This document shows positions 1 to 13,380 of a DNA stretch of 64,000 bases, piece by piece. Each line of letters opens with the position of its first letter. Positions within the stretch are counted from its first letter, which is position 1. The translations under genes were made by a program, and so were the position numbers. The notes below the pieces were generated by a model, which was not told where the DNA came from, did no database searches, and worked only from the letters and a program-made list of their open reading frames with translations. Source of the DNA: Azolla caroliniana (Eukaryota; Plantae; Polypodiophyta); the NCBI GenBank assembly GCA_043228905.1, contig JBHGNT010000013.1, forward strand, positions 10,292,001 to 10,356,000. Reading direction: 5' to 3'.

Positions 1-800
1 ATTTCCTTCATTAGTATTAAGAAAAGCATTGAAGGGATACAAAAATGTAAAAACAGAGAGTATTATATACAAAAGAAATGGTTAGGGCAAGGACCATGGG
101 TGATGATATTTCCATAACGGTCATTGAGAAGAGATTGAGAACAAAGGCAACTTCCTCCATAATTGCAGTAATTTTTTTCTTTTTCTTCAGAACAACCTCT
201 GAAGAGCTTGGCATATTGTTATATTGCCCCAACACAACCGTCAACAAGCTCCCCCAAAATTCCGGCAATATATCTGAGAGAAGAGGAATTATGGACTCAT
301 GTCGTCTTTTAAAACGATACTTCCATAATATACATAATGTAAATGTAGATATGATTTTCCATACATGGGTTGCACGCATTTGTTTGCGAGGTTGTTGAAA
401 AGGGGAGACTGGAATGGAGAACCTCCCATACTGCTGATCGCCAAGAGAAGAGGCAACCCGCATTAATTGTCAGGAATAAAGAGAGAACTTTATTCCATAC
501 TTGTTGGGCTAGTGAGCATGACCAAAGAGCATGCTTGGTAGTTTCTTGCATGTCACCACAATAACAACATTGTCTAAGACTAGTTTCCACATCTCATTTC
601 AATGACTGACCTACTAGTAGTGTTGCATGTAGTAAAAGCCATCTAAAGAGATTATATTTGGTTGGTCCCTTGAAAAGACCAAATCCATTTCCAATATGCT
701 TTCAAATGAATGCTTGAAACACCCCACTTATTCCAGTGCTTTTGAGTTGAAGGAGTTGGAATATTCTTAGACATGAGTAAGGTTCTGCAAAATTTCACAT
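1..800 (-). mobile_element. 5'-truncated L1-type LINE, 3' portion (zf-RVT region and 3' UTR), interrupting the Gypsy RT
   Basis: Minus-strand WKWIWSF...CCYCGDMQETTKHALWSCSLAQQVW is the CxxC-x8-H-x4-C zinc finger of the LINE ORF2 C-terminus. The Gypsy RT reading (MDPTKVQTILEWQPP) breaks at about 800. Confidence 0.75.
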
Positions 801-3800
801 GGGGGTTGCCATTCCAATATTGTTTGGACTTTTGTTGGGTCCATGAAAATACCCTTGGATGAAATAGTGTATCCCAAAAATTTGACTTGTTTGAAGTCAA
901 AACTTCATTTCTCAAGTTTGGCATAAAGACCATACTTTCTTAGGCGTTCAAGTACTTTCCGCACATGTATATCACACTCCTCCTGTGTTTTAGAGTAAAT
1001 CAATAGATCATCTAGGTAGATGATGAGAAAGATATCCAAGAAATCCCGGAAAATATCATTTTCCATATGTTGAAATACTACGGGTGCATTTGTTAGCCCG
1101 AAAGGCATGACTGTATACTCGAAATGACCATACTGAGTACAAAATGCAGTTTCCACTCATCTCTCGGTTGAATTTGAACAAGATTATATGCACCCCTTAG
1201 ATCAATTTTGGTAAAATGCTTTGCCCCACCAATGCGCTCTAAAAGACCAGAGATTAAAGGTAAAGCATTCCTACTCCTTATGGTGACTTTATTTAAGCTT
1301 TGATAGTCCACGACCAAATGAAGGGAGCCGTCCTTTTTCTTCACAAAAAAGATAGGAGCAGTAGCTGGAGACTTTGAATGTCGAATAAACCCATGTACAA
1401 GATTCTCCTCGATGTATTCTCGAAGAACCTCAAGCTCAGTTGGTGAAAAATTGTAAATTGGACCCCATAGTGGTTCTTTTCCTGGTTGGAGGTCAATAGG
1501 ACAGTCATACGACTGATACTTTGGAAGAACACTAACTTTGACTTTGTCGAAAACATCAACATAGTCTTGATATTTTTTGGGAATTTCGATGTCTGAATTC
1601 CCTTGAGTGGCACTAGAAGGTGTCACTGATACTGCACATAAGAAAAGGTCCTCCTTGCCTCCCACTTGGCACAATTGTTGCAATGTGATGGTTGAAATTT
1701 GATGAAAAGGAGATGGTGCATTGGTAGAATCATATTCTTTAAGAGAATAATCCTGAGTTCAATCCTTGGCAATGATATTTTCTTCTGAAGGGCACTAAAT
1801 TTCTCACTTCCTCCAATTGATTCTGGGGTTATGTAGCTTGTGTTAGGAATCGACGCTTTCAAAACCTTCACCTCTCGGCCACAACTGAGGAAACACGAAT
1901 CAATGCAGCAGAAAATCGAAAACACAGAGATAGACTCGAATGCACAGGGTTTAGCGTGGAAAACCCTAGACGGGAAAAACCACAGGAGTGCAAGACTCCA
2001 ACTATCACTATACGCAGGGAATGTACAATGGCGAGCTGCAAGGCGACGACCTTGAGCTCGCTGTCCTCGCCACAGGCGGCGGTATTACACAGAGGCGTCG
2101 ACCTCTTCCTTTCTCTCTCTCACTCTCTCTCTCTCGGCTGCTCTCACTTCGCTCCCTCTAAGTGGAAAACAGAAAAATGAGCAACAACAACAAAACTGTT
2201 TGCCCTAAGTCATATTTATACACATATGACTTTCGGGCTATTTACAAATATAGCCTCAAGGGCCCTTGGCAAACATATTCACAAATATGTCCCCGCATCC
2301 GGATCTCTCTCCGGGTACATTCGTCATCCGGCTCCGTAGCCGGGGTCTTCATCATCCGGATCCGGAACCGGGTCTTCATTCCCGATTCCCGGACATCCGA
2401 CCATCCCATCCGGAGGGACCGTAATCCCAACAGCTTGAACCATGGCAAACCAAGGACAATTGGATGCTCAAGTCTACTAATTATGTTAAAGGAAACTACA
2501 CATCCTAAATCACCTAAGAGTATGTGTATTGGCTCAGACTCTTCGAATATCTTCCCAGAAGCTATGGGACATCCATCAATCACTACTACGGAAACTGGAC
2601 AAGGAGGTGTATGCAAGGATATTTGGTGTTTTTGGGCAAAATCTCTATCCATGAAACAAGATTTGGCTCCAATATCTAAGAGGGCTTGGACCTGAAGTTG
2701 ACAACCTGGTTTCCTAACTTGTACTTGGGATGAGAAGACTCTACTAACATGCTTGGAAGAAATGGAACCACACTAGGCTGTACATATTTAGGGTTGTCCA
2801 ACCAAATGACACCTATTTTGGACGAACTTATTCGTTTGACCCCTCTTCTAATTGGCTTAGGACTTCAAACTTATTGGAAAAGGGTGGATTATTCATAATA
2901 TTAGATTCACTAACTGCTTCTAAAATGTTGGACTCATTTTTATTGTCATAGTGAATTTGATTTACCTAACGTCTCGGCCTCCAGGAGCGATGAATGGCTA
3001 TATGTCCTGGACCTCCGCAATATAAGCACAAACGGTTTGCTTCTCTTCGTCCAACAACAATCCTCATTGTTGAGTCATATCGATCTCCATGGGTGTAGGA
3101 CTATCCATTGGGACTGGACTACATGTTTGCCTTGGAGTTGGAGCTGGGCTATATTTTTGCATTGGAGACGATTCCACCATTACTGATGCATTAGTTGGTG
3201 TGAATCTTGATCTTGTTATTTATTGTTGTTGCTCACGTCGACGCTCAAAAAGGCGATTATCACACCGTATTGCTCGATTAATAGCTTTTGTAAGTGACCT
3301 TGGATCCTTAGGGAAGGTAAGAAGTCAAATCACTACAAAGGCCAGAATGGAATTGCTCCATTAGGGCTTCTTCATCCCAAGGAATATCACTTGTGATGAG
3401 ATGGAAATTGGTTGCATATGTCGATGTTGGCCTATCACCTTGACGTAGTGTACGAATCTTGTTGATTGTTGTTCTCGCCCCATCAGTATCTTCGAAGCAA
3501 GCCTTAAATTCTTTGATAAATTCTTCGAAATTATTCAATAGAGGAGAATGTGTCTCTAGCAATGGCGCAAACCACAACAACGCTATGTCAGTCAATAAGG
3601 TGCCCACTAACCTAACTCGTGATGCATCTGTCAGATAATGCGTAGGATGCATTTGAATCACCAACCACACTTGATTCAAGAAACCTTTGAAATGCGTCCT
3701 CGAACCATCAAATTTAGGTGGGAGGCTGATTTTGGGCTCTGTGATAAGTCCTTGACCTTCGACCCTTTGTTGTTGTAACACTACGATTGTCAACTCTAGC

Positions 3801-3990
3801 TGTTGAAACCGTCACATGAACTCCTCTTATTGTTATTGCTTCTCTATAGTAACCTTTTGTAGATCCCCAACTAGATGTTGATTCTCTACTTCAAGAGATG
3901 TGAACTTGTATTTAAGATTCTCCATTTCTGCAACAAGGATGAGATATTCTTCTGAGTTGATGGCGGCCATGGTTTCGTGATGGTTATAGA
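801..3990 (-). mobile_element. Degenerate Ty3/Gypsy chromovirus-type internal region: gag (about 2980-3970), protease (2433-2700), RT (801-1840)
   Basis: gag PKISLPPKFDGSR and knuckle CLYCGGPGH; protease ALLDIGA; [39 protein letters not shown]. Stops and frameshifts are present. Confidence 0.92.
1841..2432. mobile_element. Solo LTR (592 bp) inserted in Gypsy pol
   Basis: Ends TGTTAGGAAT...ATCCCAACA with a perfect 5-bp TSD GCTTG (1836-1840, 2433-2437). Removing it restores LGLPWFKL-HNPRINWR. Confidence 0.93.
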
Positions 3991-3995
3991 GGAGG

Positions 3996-4047
<52 letters not shown>

Positions 4048-4371
4048 GAGGAAAAAACGCAAGAGTGGAGAAGGGAAGAAGAAGCGAATTTGTTTTTATT
4101 GCTGCGCTCTCTATCGGTAACGGAATTGAGCACAAAGACAAGCGTTGGAAAGCCCTCGAGTAGAGCTTCGCAATGAGATATAGCAAGTTGAATTTGGCAG
4201 TTTGTACGAGAAGCAACGATAGCAATAAGGAATCTTGTGTTGTCGGCATCCACATACTCAAAACTCATTGTGGGTCTTCGATTGCTTTCAAAATCTTCGA
4301 CCTCTTCAATCAGGTGAGTTCTGATTTTCTCTCTTGTTCATGGAAAATTGTTTTTATCCCGGATCAATATA

Positions 4372-5814
4372 ATGATGGACATAAACATGAATTCCTCACT
4401 AATTGTGGGGGATATTGATATGGAAACAATCGATCCAAAAAAGAGTAATGTGATAGTTGAATGTAATCGTGAAAGGGAAGACATTGGAAGCTCTAAGAGG
4501 TTTAAGGGAATTGAAGAAATTAATGAGAAAAAATTAACATATGCCGAAATAATACATGTAGATGAAGTTGACAAGGATCACTGTAATTGGGATAATTTAT
4601 GGGGAATTGCCAATACCTTATTGTCGGATATTGTGGAAGAAAATGAAAATGCAGCGAAAGAATGCATTGAAGAGGATGTGCATGATGTCGAAGTTGATGC
4701 TAAGGCAGTTTTGCAATCATTTGATGTATTCTATGATCGTGCTGTTATATTATTTTTTACCGACAAACTCCCATATGTTAATTGGATTAAACAATGGTTG
4801 AACACAATCGTGTCACCAAATTGTGTTGAAAATATATATGCGGGACCACGAGGGTTGCATCGAAGTGCATTGTTGGGTAAAGTTCCTGTGTTTTTTGATA
4901 AACGATTGGTGCATGTTATGCAATGGTCCCCCGTAGTGGACTATCATGCTTTGTTAAAACAAGAATGTCCTGTTTGGGTTACAGTGGATTGTAAGCATGC
5001 TTTTTTATGGCCACTTTTACCAGAGTTGATGAGTCAAATGGGTAAAGTGTTGGTATCTCCACATACAAATGCTACAAATAAGTGCAGATTTTGTGTGTTA
5101 TGGGATACAAGTCACAAGAGGCCAGGATGGGTGCGTATGAATGCTCCTGGTATGAGACGTCTTTGTTTTAAATTGAAGTGGGAGACATTTGCAGGTCATT
5201 GTTTTGGATGTGGTGAATGGGGTCACTTTATGGCGGAATGCCACGGTCATTGTCCTTCAACTATAGAGGTTCCTATTGAAGGGAATGATAAGGAAGGAGT
5301 TGGGAGAGATGTTGGTGTGTTAGATTTTGTGGATGAAGGAACATCACCTAGAGCAGGTTATAAAGAGGTCTCACTTCAAGGTTTGGGCCCTAAGAATAAG
5401 GGAATTGAATCTATGGATATGGAAAAACAAAGTTTAGTGGTTAAAGATAAGGGGAAAAAACCGTTGGATAGAGCTAGTAGTAATGTTGTTGACAAAGATT
5501 GGCATGAGGTTAAGGGCAAGTCAAAAGGGAAATCAATGAATATGCAGCGTAGTAGCTTGCCCACTACTCGTATGACTACTTGGCAAGGTAATTCAGGAAC
5601 TAGGGAGGGCCCTCGAAAAGTTCCTTGGCAACGACAATCTAGGGATAAGGGATTACCCCTTCACCTTCAATTTGATTCATTGGGACGAGTTGTAAATTCA
5701 TCGAATTCTCGAGGTTTTCGTCAAGCGGGAGGACCTAAAAAAAACATTTCGATAGACAACCCTAAGGATGTGGTGCATATAAAAATCCATATGCAGCATT
5801 GGAGCATGCTTTGA
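4372..5814 (+). CDS. LINE ORF1 (nucleic-acid-binding protein with CCHC knuckle)
   Basis: Long open frame with CFGCGEWGHFMAEC, directly upstream of ORF2. Confidence 0.8.
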   Translation: MMDINMNSSLIVGDIDMETIDPKKSNVIVECNREREDIGSSKRFKGIEEINEKKLTYAEIIHVDEVDKDHCNWDNLWGIANTLLSDIVEENENAAKECIEEDVHDVEVDAKAVLQSFDVFYDRAVILFFTDKLPYVNWIKQWLNTIVSPNCVENIYAGPRGLHRSALLGKVPVFFDKRLVHVMQWSPVVDYHALLKQECPVWVTVDCKHAFLWPLLPELMSQMGKVLVSPHTNATNKCRFCVLWDTSHKRPGWVRMNAPGMRRLCFKLKWETFAGHCFGCGEWGHFMAECHGHCPSTIEVPIEGNDKEGVGRDVGVLDFVDEGTSPRAGYKEVSLQGLGPKNKGIESMDMEKQSLVVKDKGKKPLDRASSNVVDKDWHEVKGKSKGKSMNMQRSSLPTTRMTTWQGNSGTREGPRKVPWQRQSRDKGLPLHLQFDSLGRVVNSSNSRGFRQAGGPKKNISIDNPKDVVHIKIHMQHWSML

Positions 5815-5874
5815 CTAGTTTCATGACATCGGTTGCTCTAAAGGAGCAAGTGCTCCCATAACATTGTTGATTGA

Positions 5875-8800
5875 ATGAAAGTGGTAACATGGAATGTGAG
5901 AGGGGCATGTTCTCCTCATAAGAAGTATATACTATGGGAAATTTTGTTAAGTAGAGAATGGGATGTAGTATGTACAGTTGAGCATAAGTGTCATGAGTTA
6001 GCAGGATCCACAGTGCATTTGCATGGATATTCATCATTTTATGCAGGACATCTTAATAATCATTATTCAGGTGTGGTATTAATCGTGAGGGATAAGTATT
6101 ATCCTCAAGTGGTGCATAATGATCCTTATGGTCGGTTTTTGGTTCTAGAAATCATTTTTTTTGGCGAGGTTGTGTGGGTGGTTGGGATTTATGCCCCTAA
6201 CCAAGCCACTCAATGTATTGCATTATGGGGTTCACTCCTTCAAACCCTATCTATTGGACGTCCAGGATTACTTATGGGCGATTTTAACATATGTGTTAAT
6301 GCATTTCAATCCACATCTGAACATTCAATCATGGATGATCCTAAGCAACTTGCTTGGGACTCATTGGGTATGGAGGTTCTGAAGTTGGATGTTTGGACAT
6401 GGTTGCAAGGGAATGATCCAGGTTTTACCTTCCAATCTGCTCAACATAGACAAACATGGAGTCGGTTAGATAGAATGTATGTGATGCATGAGGATTCTTT
6501 TTTACCAACATCACTTCGAATGAACGTTCTACAAGATGTTGGAACTTAAGATCACTTTCCTATTTGCTTGGAGGTGTGTAATCATGCTATTGACATGTAT
6601 AAATCTTTACTTCGAAAGCCTCCACTATGCTTTAACTCTTCTCTTTTGCTTCAACCTCACTTCGATTCTCTCATGGAGCAAATTTTGGTAAATTTTTCTC
6701 AACAAGTGAATCTTAAAGGAGTTAAAGCATGGGATATCACATTACAAAACATTAACATCATTCATCGTATGTATGGAGTAACCAATGCTCAATGAAGAAG
6801 AGGTCTTATTCGACAATTCTCACAAGTTCTCTCTAGGTGTAATGCATTATTGATACATACACCATTAGATGATGAGCTTTTGGATATTCAGAGTCAATTG
6901 TATGTTATTATTTCTCAGTTGCAATGCCAAAGTTATCGTTATGCTAAGATGCGACAACTCAGGGAAGGACTCATTGATAATCAATGTCAATCTCATTTGT
7001 TTTTCCAAGCATTACATCCTACTTATGTTCGATCTAATGTGGTACATGTGAAGCAAGGGGATGAATTGATAGTGAATCCTACAACAATAATTGACATATG
7101 TCTTCATTACTTTAAGGAGTTGATTGGTCCGCAATTGTTAATGATAGATGAGGTGAGTAGAGCACGTCATGAGTTTTATGATGTGGTTGGATGTATTGTG
7201 CATGATCTCATTAGTCATGAATTAGATGCGGATTTCACTGAGGATGAGGTGGATGTAGTTTTAAGGCATCTTCCTAGTGGTAAGAGCCCTGGTTGGGATG
7301 GCTTGACAAATGAAGTTTTTAAGAGATATTCCAACATTTTAAAGGGGCCCTTGACTTTGATGTTTCAACAGTCTTGGGATTCTGGTTGTATGCCTCAAGC
7401 TTGGAAGATTGGTCTAATTAAACTAGTTCCAAAGGTGACATCTCTTGAGTCATTTCATCAATGGAGACCTATTTCTTTGATGGGGGGGTTGTACAAGATA
7501 TTTACGAAGGTCTTGGCAAATGGATTACAAAAGTATTTGCCAAAGTTGATACACCCCGCCCAATATGGTTTTATTGCAGGTAGAAATATATTGCATAATG
7601 TGTTGAATGTTCAAATGGCCATGGATTATGCTCGGAACACTCATCAAGAATTGATTATGGTGCAATTAGATTTGGAGAAAGCTTATGATCATGTTAATTG
7701 GTCTTTTGTTTCTGGGTTAATGCATACAATGGGCTTTGGACCTCGTATATCTCGCCTCATATTTTTATTAGGACAAGTTGCAGTGTCTCAAGTAATGCTT
7801 AATGGGGGAGTTACATTAGATATTGCCCTCACAAGATCCGTTCGTCAAGGATGCCCTCTTAGCCCATTGTTGTTTGCTATTGTTACTCATCCTTTGTTAG
7901 TGATGCTATCAAGACTTGCAATAAATGGTGACATTGTGGGTTTACACCTTCCGTCCGGAGGGCAAATAGTAGCACAAGCTTTGGCGGATGATTCTTTCAT
8001 GTTTTTACAAGCCTCACGGGAGAATCTTGAGAAGGGGATGCTTGTATGGAATTAGTTTGCATTGGCTTCCGGATTACATATTAATTGGAGGAAGTCTAGT
8101 CTCATATCATGCACTGAAAGGGATTTGGAATGTTTAGGATGGCAAGGATCCGTGGTGAAGAAAGGCTCTATTTTTCGACACTTGGGCTATCCATTAGGAA
8201 TGAATGTTACAAATGGTCAATTGATTGAATGGATGTCTAGTAAGTTGAGGGATAAGTTCATGTATTGGAAGTCACAATCTTGGCCATTTCATGTTCGCTT
8301 GAAGGTTGTACAATGTATTATGGAACCCATGATATTATATTACTTGCCATTATTGCCATGGACAAAGAAGGCGTTGAATTCTGTTTTGCAACCTCTTCGA
8401 TATTTGTTTTGAAGAAGAGGGATAAGATGGGAATCACATGGATTTCTTGGAATCATCTTGCAACCCCTAAGCGATTGGGGGGGGGGGGTTGGAATATTGA
8501 ACTTATCTATGCATATGATGGCTCGTAGATTTTCATTATTACAAGATATGTGTTCAAACTCACAACCATGGATATCTATTGTTCGATATTTCATTGAGAA
8601 CAAGGGTTTAACACATGGGAGGACAACGATTAAGGCTTCATGGTGGCAATTACTGAATGGATGTATTTCACTTAGGATTCCGGGTTCTTCATGTGTTCAA
8701 CACTTAGTTACCTCATGGCAAGAAGCACTATTGTAATGTGTATGGAAACCATCATCTAGTAGAGAGCATTGTAACTCTTTGCAAAAAGAGTTACTTGTGT

Positions 8801-9704
8801 CTTCTCGGTTATTATGTTGGCTAGGAAAGGAGAGATTGTGTTCTCAATTTAATCGTTTGTTTCGTTTGGGGGTCAAAGAGGTGGGAGATATAGTTGAGGT
8901 TCCATCTCAAAGAATTTTGGAGTTTACTGAAGCACAACAATTATTATGCATCCCGCCTAATTATGGGTTTATTTGGCAACAACTACAAAATATTGCATTG
9001 ATGCAAGGTCCCTTACCTCTACAAACAGGAGAACAACTGTGGATTGATTGGAGTTTAAGGGGTCAAACACCATTGTTACAAGTGACTACTAATCTTTTAT
9101 ATCATTGTTCCATTGAGTCTCTTGGATGGTTATCATCTAAAGCTGAAGACGAATGGAAAATACACAAATCTGATCATGGGTGGTGGCAAATCTTACAACG
9201 TAGTTGGGATTCTAAATTGCCACTTGTTGCAAAGGTATTCATTTGGAGAGTTTTGATCGGAGGATTGCCTTTGGGATTTGCTTTAAAGCGTCGTGGACTA
9301 GCAATGGGTACCTGCTTCTTTTGCACAGTTCAGATAGAAGATTGTACTCATCGATTTATACAATGTCCAATTGCTTGTCAAATTTGGAGTTACATTTCTC
9401 AAAATTGGCAAGTTTTATCACGGAGTTATTTGACACCTAGACAATGGGTGTTTGCACAACTTACATGTTGTAGGTTTTAGAGTTAGGGTTAGGGTTAAGG
9501 ATGATGATGGTTAATGATGACGAAGATAGACATGGTGAAATAGCAAAGATGATGAAGAGTATGATGGTGAGAGAGATTGACATGAAGATGTTGAGAATTA
9601 TTGAGAAGCATTGCGGGGTAAGGATGACATTGATGAGCATTGCGGGGTGGGGGGTGGTGCCTAGAATGGCTCCACCCCCCTCCCAAGGGGGTTCAACGTT
9701 GAGG

Positions 9705-9761
<57 letters not shown>

Positions 9762-10300
9762 AAAGAGAGATAGAGAGAAATGTTCATTCATCCTTCATTC
9801 ATTCCCCATAAGGGGGTTAAATAGTACAAAAGGGGGTAGATACAAAGGGGTGTAAGCCCCCTAGAGCATTCATATTGGACACTCACTCACACCTCATCGT
9901 ATCCCTCCACATGCACACACATGTGCATGTGTTCACATACATATCGACTCACAATTACATTTATGTTCCCTACACATATACATCATCATGATAATATTCG
10001 ACCCTCGCTCATCACACTTGACTCTCCGTACAGCTCGTACGGGGTAACATTACACACGCTGACCCAAAATCAGAGATGGAGATTGTTTTCCTATTTCTGA
10101 GATATTGGGGATTGTGTCATAATTGGAACATGCGCAACGCTTTTGTATTCGATGGTAGACATGGAGTGAAAGCATATCTACGAAAGTTGAAGGGAGTACT
10201 AATGTGGCAATTTTCTTTATTGGAACAAGTGGAAATTCTTTCCTCGGTGGAGTGTTCGTCTTGCTTATTGGCAATTCAACATGTTCCACTACCCATGTAG
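5875..10300 (+). pseudogene. LINE ORF2 (APE endonuclease, reverse transcriptase, zf-RVT), with premature stops
   Basis: EN motifs TWNVRG, IYAPN, MGDFN, SRLDR. RT motifs KSPGWDG, WRPISL, LDLEKAYD, RQGCPLSP, ADD. CFFC...HRFIQC zinc finger. The reading continues in frame after removal of the 9466-10049 insert. Confidence 0.92.
9466..10049. mobile_element. Solo LTR (584 bp) inserted in LINE ORF2
   Basis: Ends TGTT...AACA with a perfect TSD TTACA (9461-9465, 10050-10054). Excision gives in-frame FAQLT-HADPKSEMEIVF. Confidence 0.93.
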
Positions 10301-10394
10301 TGTAGTGTGGTTAGTGTGTGACCATACTCCATTGTCACACATATTGTAAGTAGTGTTTTTCACACACATTTATTAATATAATTGTGTGTTTTCA

Positions 10395-10456
<62 letters not shown>

Positions 10457-10465
10457 GAATCAAAT

Positions 10466-10897
10466 TGTTAGAACCAAAAATAAAAGATAGAGTGATGGAA
10501 GAAGGATATAAGAGAACAAGAGAAGAAAGGAACGAAATGCTAAGAGAAGAATGGGTGCATTAAGATAGAAAAAGAAAGAGAATGGATACAAGATATGTAA
10601 TGAGAGCTGAAGACTAGTGTTGATTCAAATTGATTTGAGAATACATGTATGCCCCTATTTATAGGTTCCTATAGAATAACTTATAGATTTCTATAATGTT
10701 AGACTAGAATGTTCGAGGACATTCTAGAACATTCTTGAATGATCCAGGGTTTTTACAATAATGGATGTAATATAAAAAGTAGCTTTTATCCTCTTATGTG
10801 GCAATAACCTATCTTAATGGTTGAGGTTTTCAATCATGGATTACAAGGTCCTAGGTTCAAGTTCGGGTGACGCCATAATGGTCATGTGTTCATGACA
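10466..10897 (-). mobile_element. 5' LTR of the Gypsy element at 801-3990 (same family as 14212-14655 and 15920-16210)
   Basis: TG...CA ends and clear similarity to the 14212 LTR. On the minus strand it is followed by a PBS-position motif (10452-10463), then (TC)n and the gag ATG once the LINE is removed. Confidence 0.85.
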
Positions 10898-11775
10898 CAT
10901 GAAAGCTCAAAGCTTCATACGTAACTTCCTCTACGGTGGAAAAATCAGGTCTCGTGTAGTGGCCAAGGTGGCATGGGATGTTTTGATTAGGCCCATGGTT
11001 GGCTTTAATAGATCCCTTGATGCAATCTCAAGCTTTCCTGACAAAGTTTGTGGTTAGATGACCGTTGTTAGGGACAGAGGCCTGTAAGGGTATGCTACTT
11101 AATCAACTAATGCAATTATCTCCCAAGACGGGAGGAAATTGGTTGTTGTCACGGACACACCAACCGTGAACTCGAACGGAGCATGAATAATGGGGCTACG
11201 AGAGTGGAACTTAAGAAGCTAGGAATGACACAAGAGCATGAAGACAGAGATGAAGAAGGAGACAAATGGAATGAAACGAGAGTACTAGATTGATGTGTCT
11301 ATGACTAGTGTTGAATCCCTTGAAAGGGGGACCAAGGAGGTTACAAGTATTTATACGGTGAGCTAAAGTACATGCATTAGAATATTATAGAGAATATTTT
11401 GGAGAATATTCTAGAACCTTCTAGTTCTAGAACTTTCTATAAACTCCTAGAACTTGAATAGATAATCTACGAAGATATACATAACATGACCATGTATTTG
11501 GATGTGCTGGTTACAAAATAACACTTGACTATAATACAAGAGGTTAAGAGTTTGAATCTTGACATAAGTGTTGTCATGTCTATGACAGTTGCCTTCTTTG
11601 AAATGGATATTCTTGACCGATGCACAAACACCGAGACAAAATCAGACATCCAATAGATTTCTCTTGGGAATAGTCAAAGCATGGTATGCAATCAAGATTT
11701 TCTTACACAAACAGATGCTTGACACATGGGATGGTTGGATGAATCAACTGCAATTGGCTAATTCTCTTGACACGG
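10898..11775 (+). mobile_element. Decayed LINE ORF2 post-RT fragment
   Basis: IRNFLYGGK...AKVAWDVLIRP...LIDPLMQSQAFLTK resembles the L1 region C-terminal to RT. Confidence 0.55.
11147..11587 (-). mobile_element. Solo LTR (441 bp), related to 26370-26919
   Basis: TGTCA...TGACA ends and TSD GTTGT/GTTGC. 11275-11350 is the reverse complement of about 26680-26755. Confidence 0.8.
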
Positions 11776-11779
11776 TATA

Positions 11780-13380
11780 GTTGAAGAGCTAGTCGGATAC
11801 ACAGATGCCGACTGGACCGGTGATGCATCGAATTGCCGATCCACCTCTGGTTTCATGTTTTCTCTTGGTAGTGCGGCTGTTGCGTGGAGTAGCAAAAAGT
11901 AGCCAATAGTGGCTTTGTCGAGCACTGAGGCTAAATACCGGGGCGCTACCATTGCCATCTAGCTTTGACGACTGGTTCGAGACCTCCGGATTGAGGTGCC
12001 GACCCCGATCCTAACCTACTGCAACAACGTAAGGAGCATACAGCTCACCAATAATCCCGTATTCCATTCTCGGACAAAGCACATAGAAGTGCATTATCAC
12101 TTTGTGCGTGAGCGGGACTTGAGCGGTGAAGTTGAACTTCGGTATGTTTACATGGATCGGCAAGCTGCCGATATCTTCACCAAGCCACTCGGATCGGACA
12201 AGTTGCAACATTTTTCGGAGATGCTCGGCATTCAGCATCTCGATGTGCCACTTTGAGGGGGAGAACATGAATGGGAATGGATGGCACCGGACAAGGAGCC
12301 AAAGAGGAAGAAAGAACCAAGGGGGGGAGATGAGCAGATAAAGGAAGTTGATCCAATCAAAGGAGTCGGCACATCCGAACAATTCGGAGCAAGTGGCGGA
12401 GGCGATAGAGTCAAGAAGGACATAGCCAATCGAAAGCAGGCCAAGACCCGAACGTGGTCCGATGTGGTGAAGGGCCTAAAAATGGAAGACAAGTTGGAGA
12501 CTATCAACTTGGACAAGAGCCGAAACGAATAGGAGGTAACCGATTCCTACAAGACCTGGAACGAATCGGAGGAAGCCGATTTGGTTCAAGATTCAAAGGA
12601 GCCAGAGCAACTAAAGGCCAAGCAGATGAGAAGGCAACAAAAGTCAACACTGAAACGGAGGAACCAATGGGTCGACAAGCATCAATGTCGTAACAACGAA
12701 GGAGCTAAGATGGGCATGTTGAGCAGACAAGCCGATCGAGGAGGTAGGCGTGTGCGGAACCAGAAGGGTTGCGGGAAATGGGACCGGACCGGACGAGGAG
12801 TGCGAGCAAGGTGGAATGATGCTAGAAGGATCCGGATGGAAGGACAGACTACTATAGACACTAACACCATGATCCGACCTCAAGTTGAGTTTGAGGGGAA
12901 GTGTTGATCAAGCAAGCTCAACCGGATCCAGATCGGCTGGATAAGCCTGAGTTGGATCGGTCTCCGGACCGAAGAACCGGATGATATCTGGATGATATTT
13001 GGAACCATGAGCCGTATCGGAGAGACGGATGGGGGAGCCGGATTCAAATGTGAACCAGAAGGCTAGTAGTAGCCTATACGCGTCTAGACTACTAGGTAGT
13101 CAGAGTCCTCGTAGTTAGTGTCAACCGCTCGTATGAGCATTGAAGTACATGGTGCTTCTGTCAGTCCTCCAAGGACTTGTATAAATAGTGTTGTCAAGCA
13201 TATTGTATGTACAGAGTGATATACAGAGTGTTATTACTTTTTGAATAGAGTTTACGTTTTGCTCTCTCTGTGTCTCTCCCTCGCATATTCTCTGTGTTAA
13301 GCTTCCATTGAACCTTTCTCTCTATTGTTGCTATCCGGTAGAGCCGGTTTGTAATACGCTTCCGCACGTTCACATTCACA
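11780..13380 (+). mobile_element. Ty1/Copia 3' fragment: RNase H, 3' spacer, PPT (12891-12901), 3' LTR (12902 to about 13380)
   Basis: GYTDADW...SWSSKK-type motifs, RTKHIEVHYHFVRE, ADIFTKPL. TTGAGGGGAAG followed by TGTTGA. The LTR resembles 27489-27910. Confidence 0.88.

Larger units (their letters stand above)
4045..10397 (+). mobile_element. Near full-length L1/Tx1-type LINE flanked by (AG)n tracts, inserted in the Gypsy 5' leader
   Basis: ORF1 plus ORF2 (EN-RT-zf), with (AG)n at 3999-4044 and 10398-10452. Confidence 0.9.

Noticed and set aside
9476-9500. TTAGGG telomere-like repeats
   Set aside because: Only two exact units, inside a solo LTR. Not an interstitial telomere.
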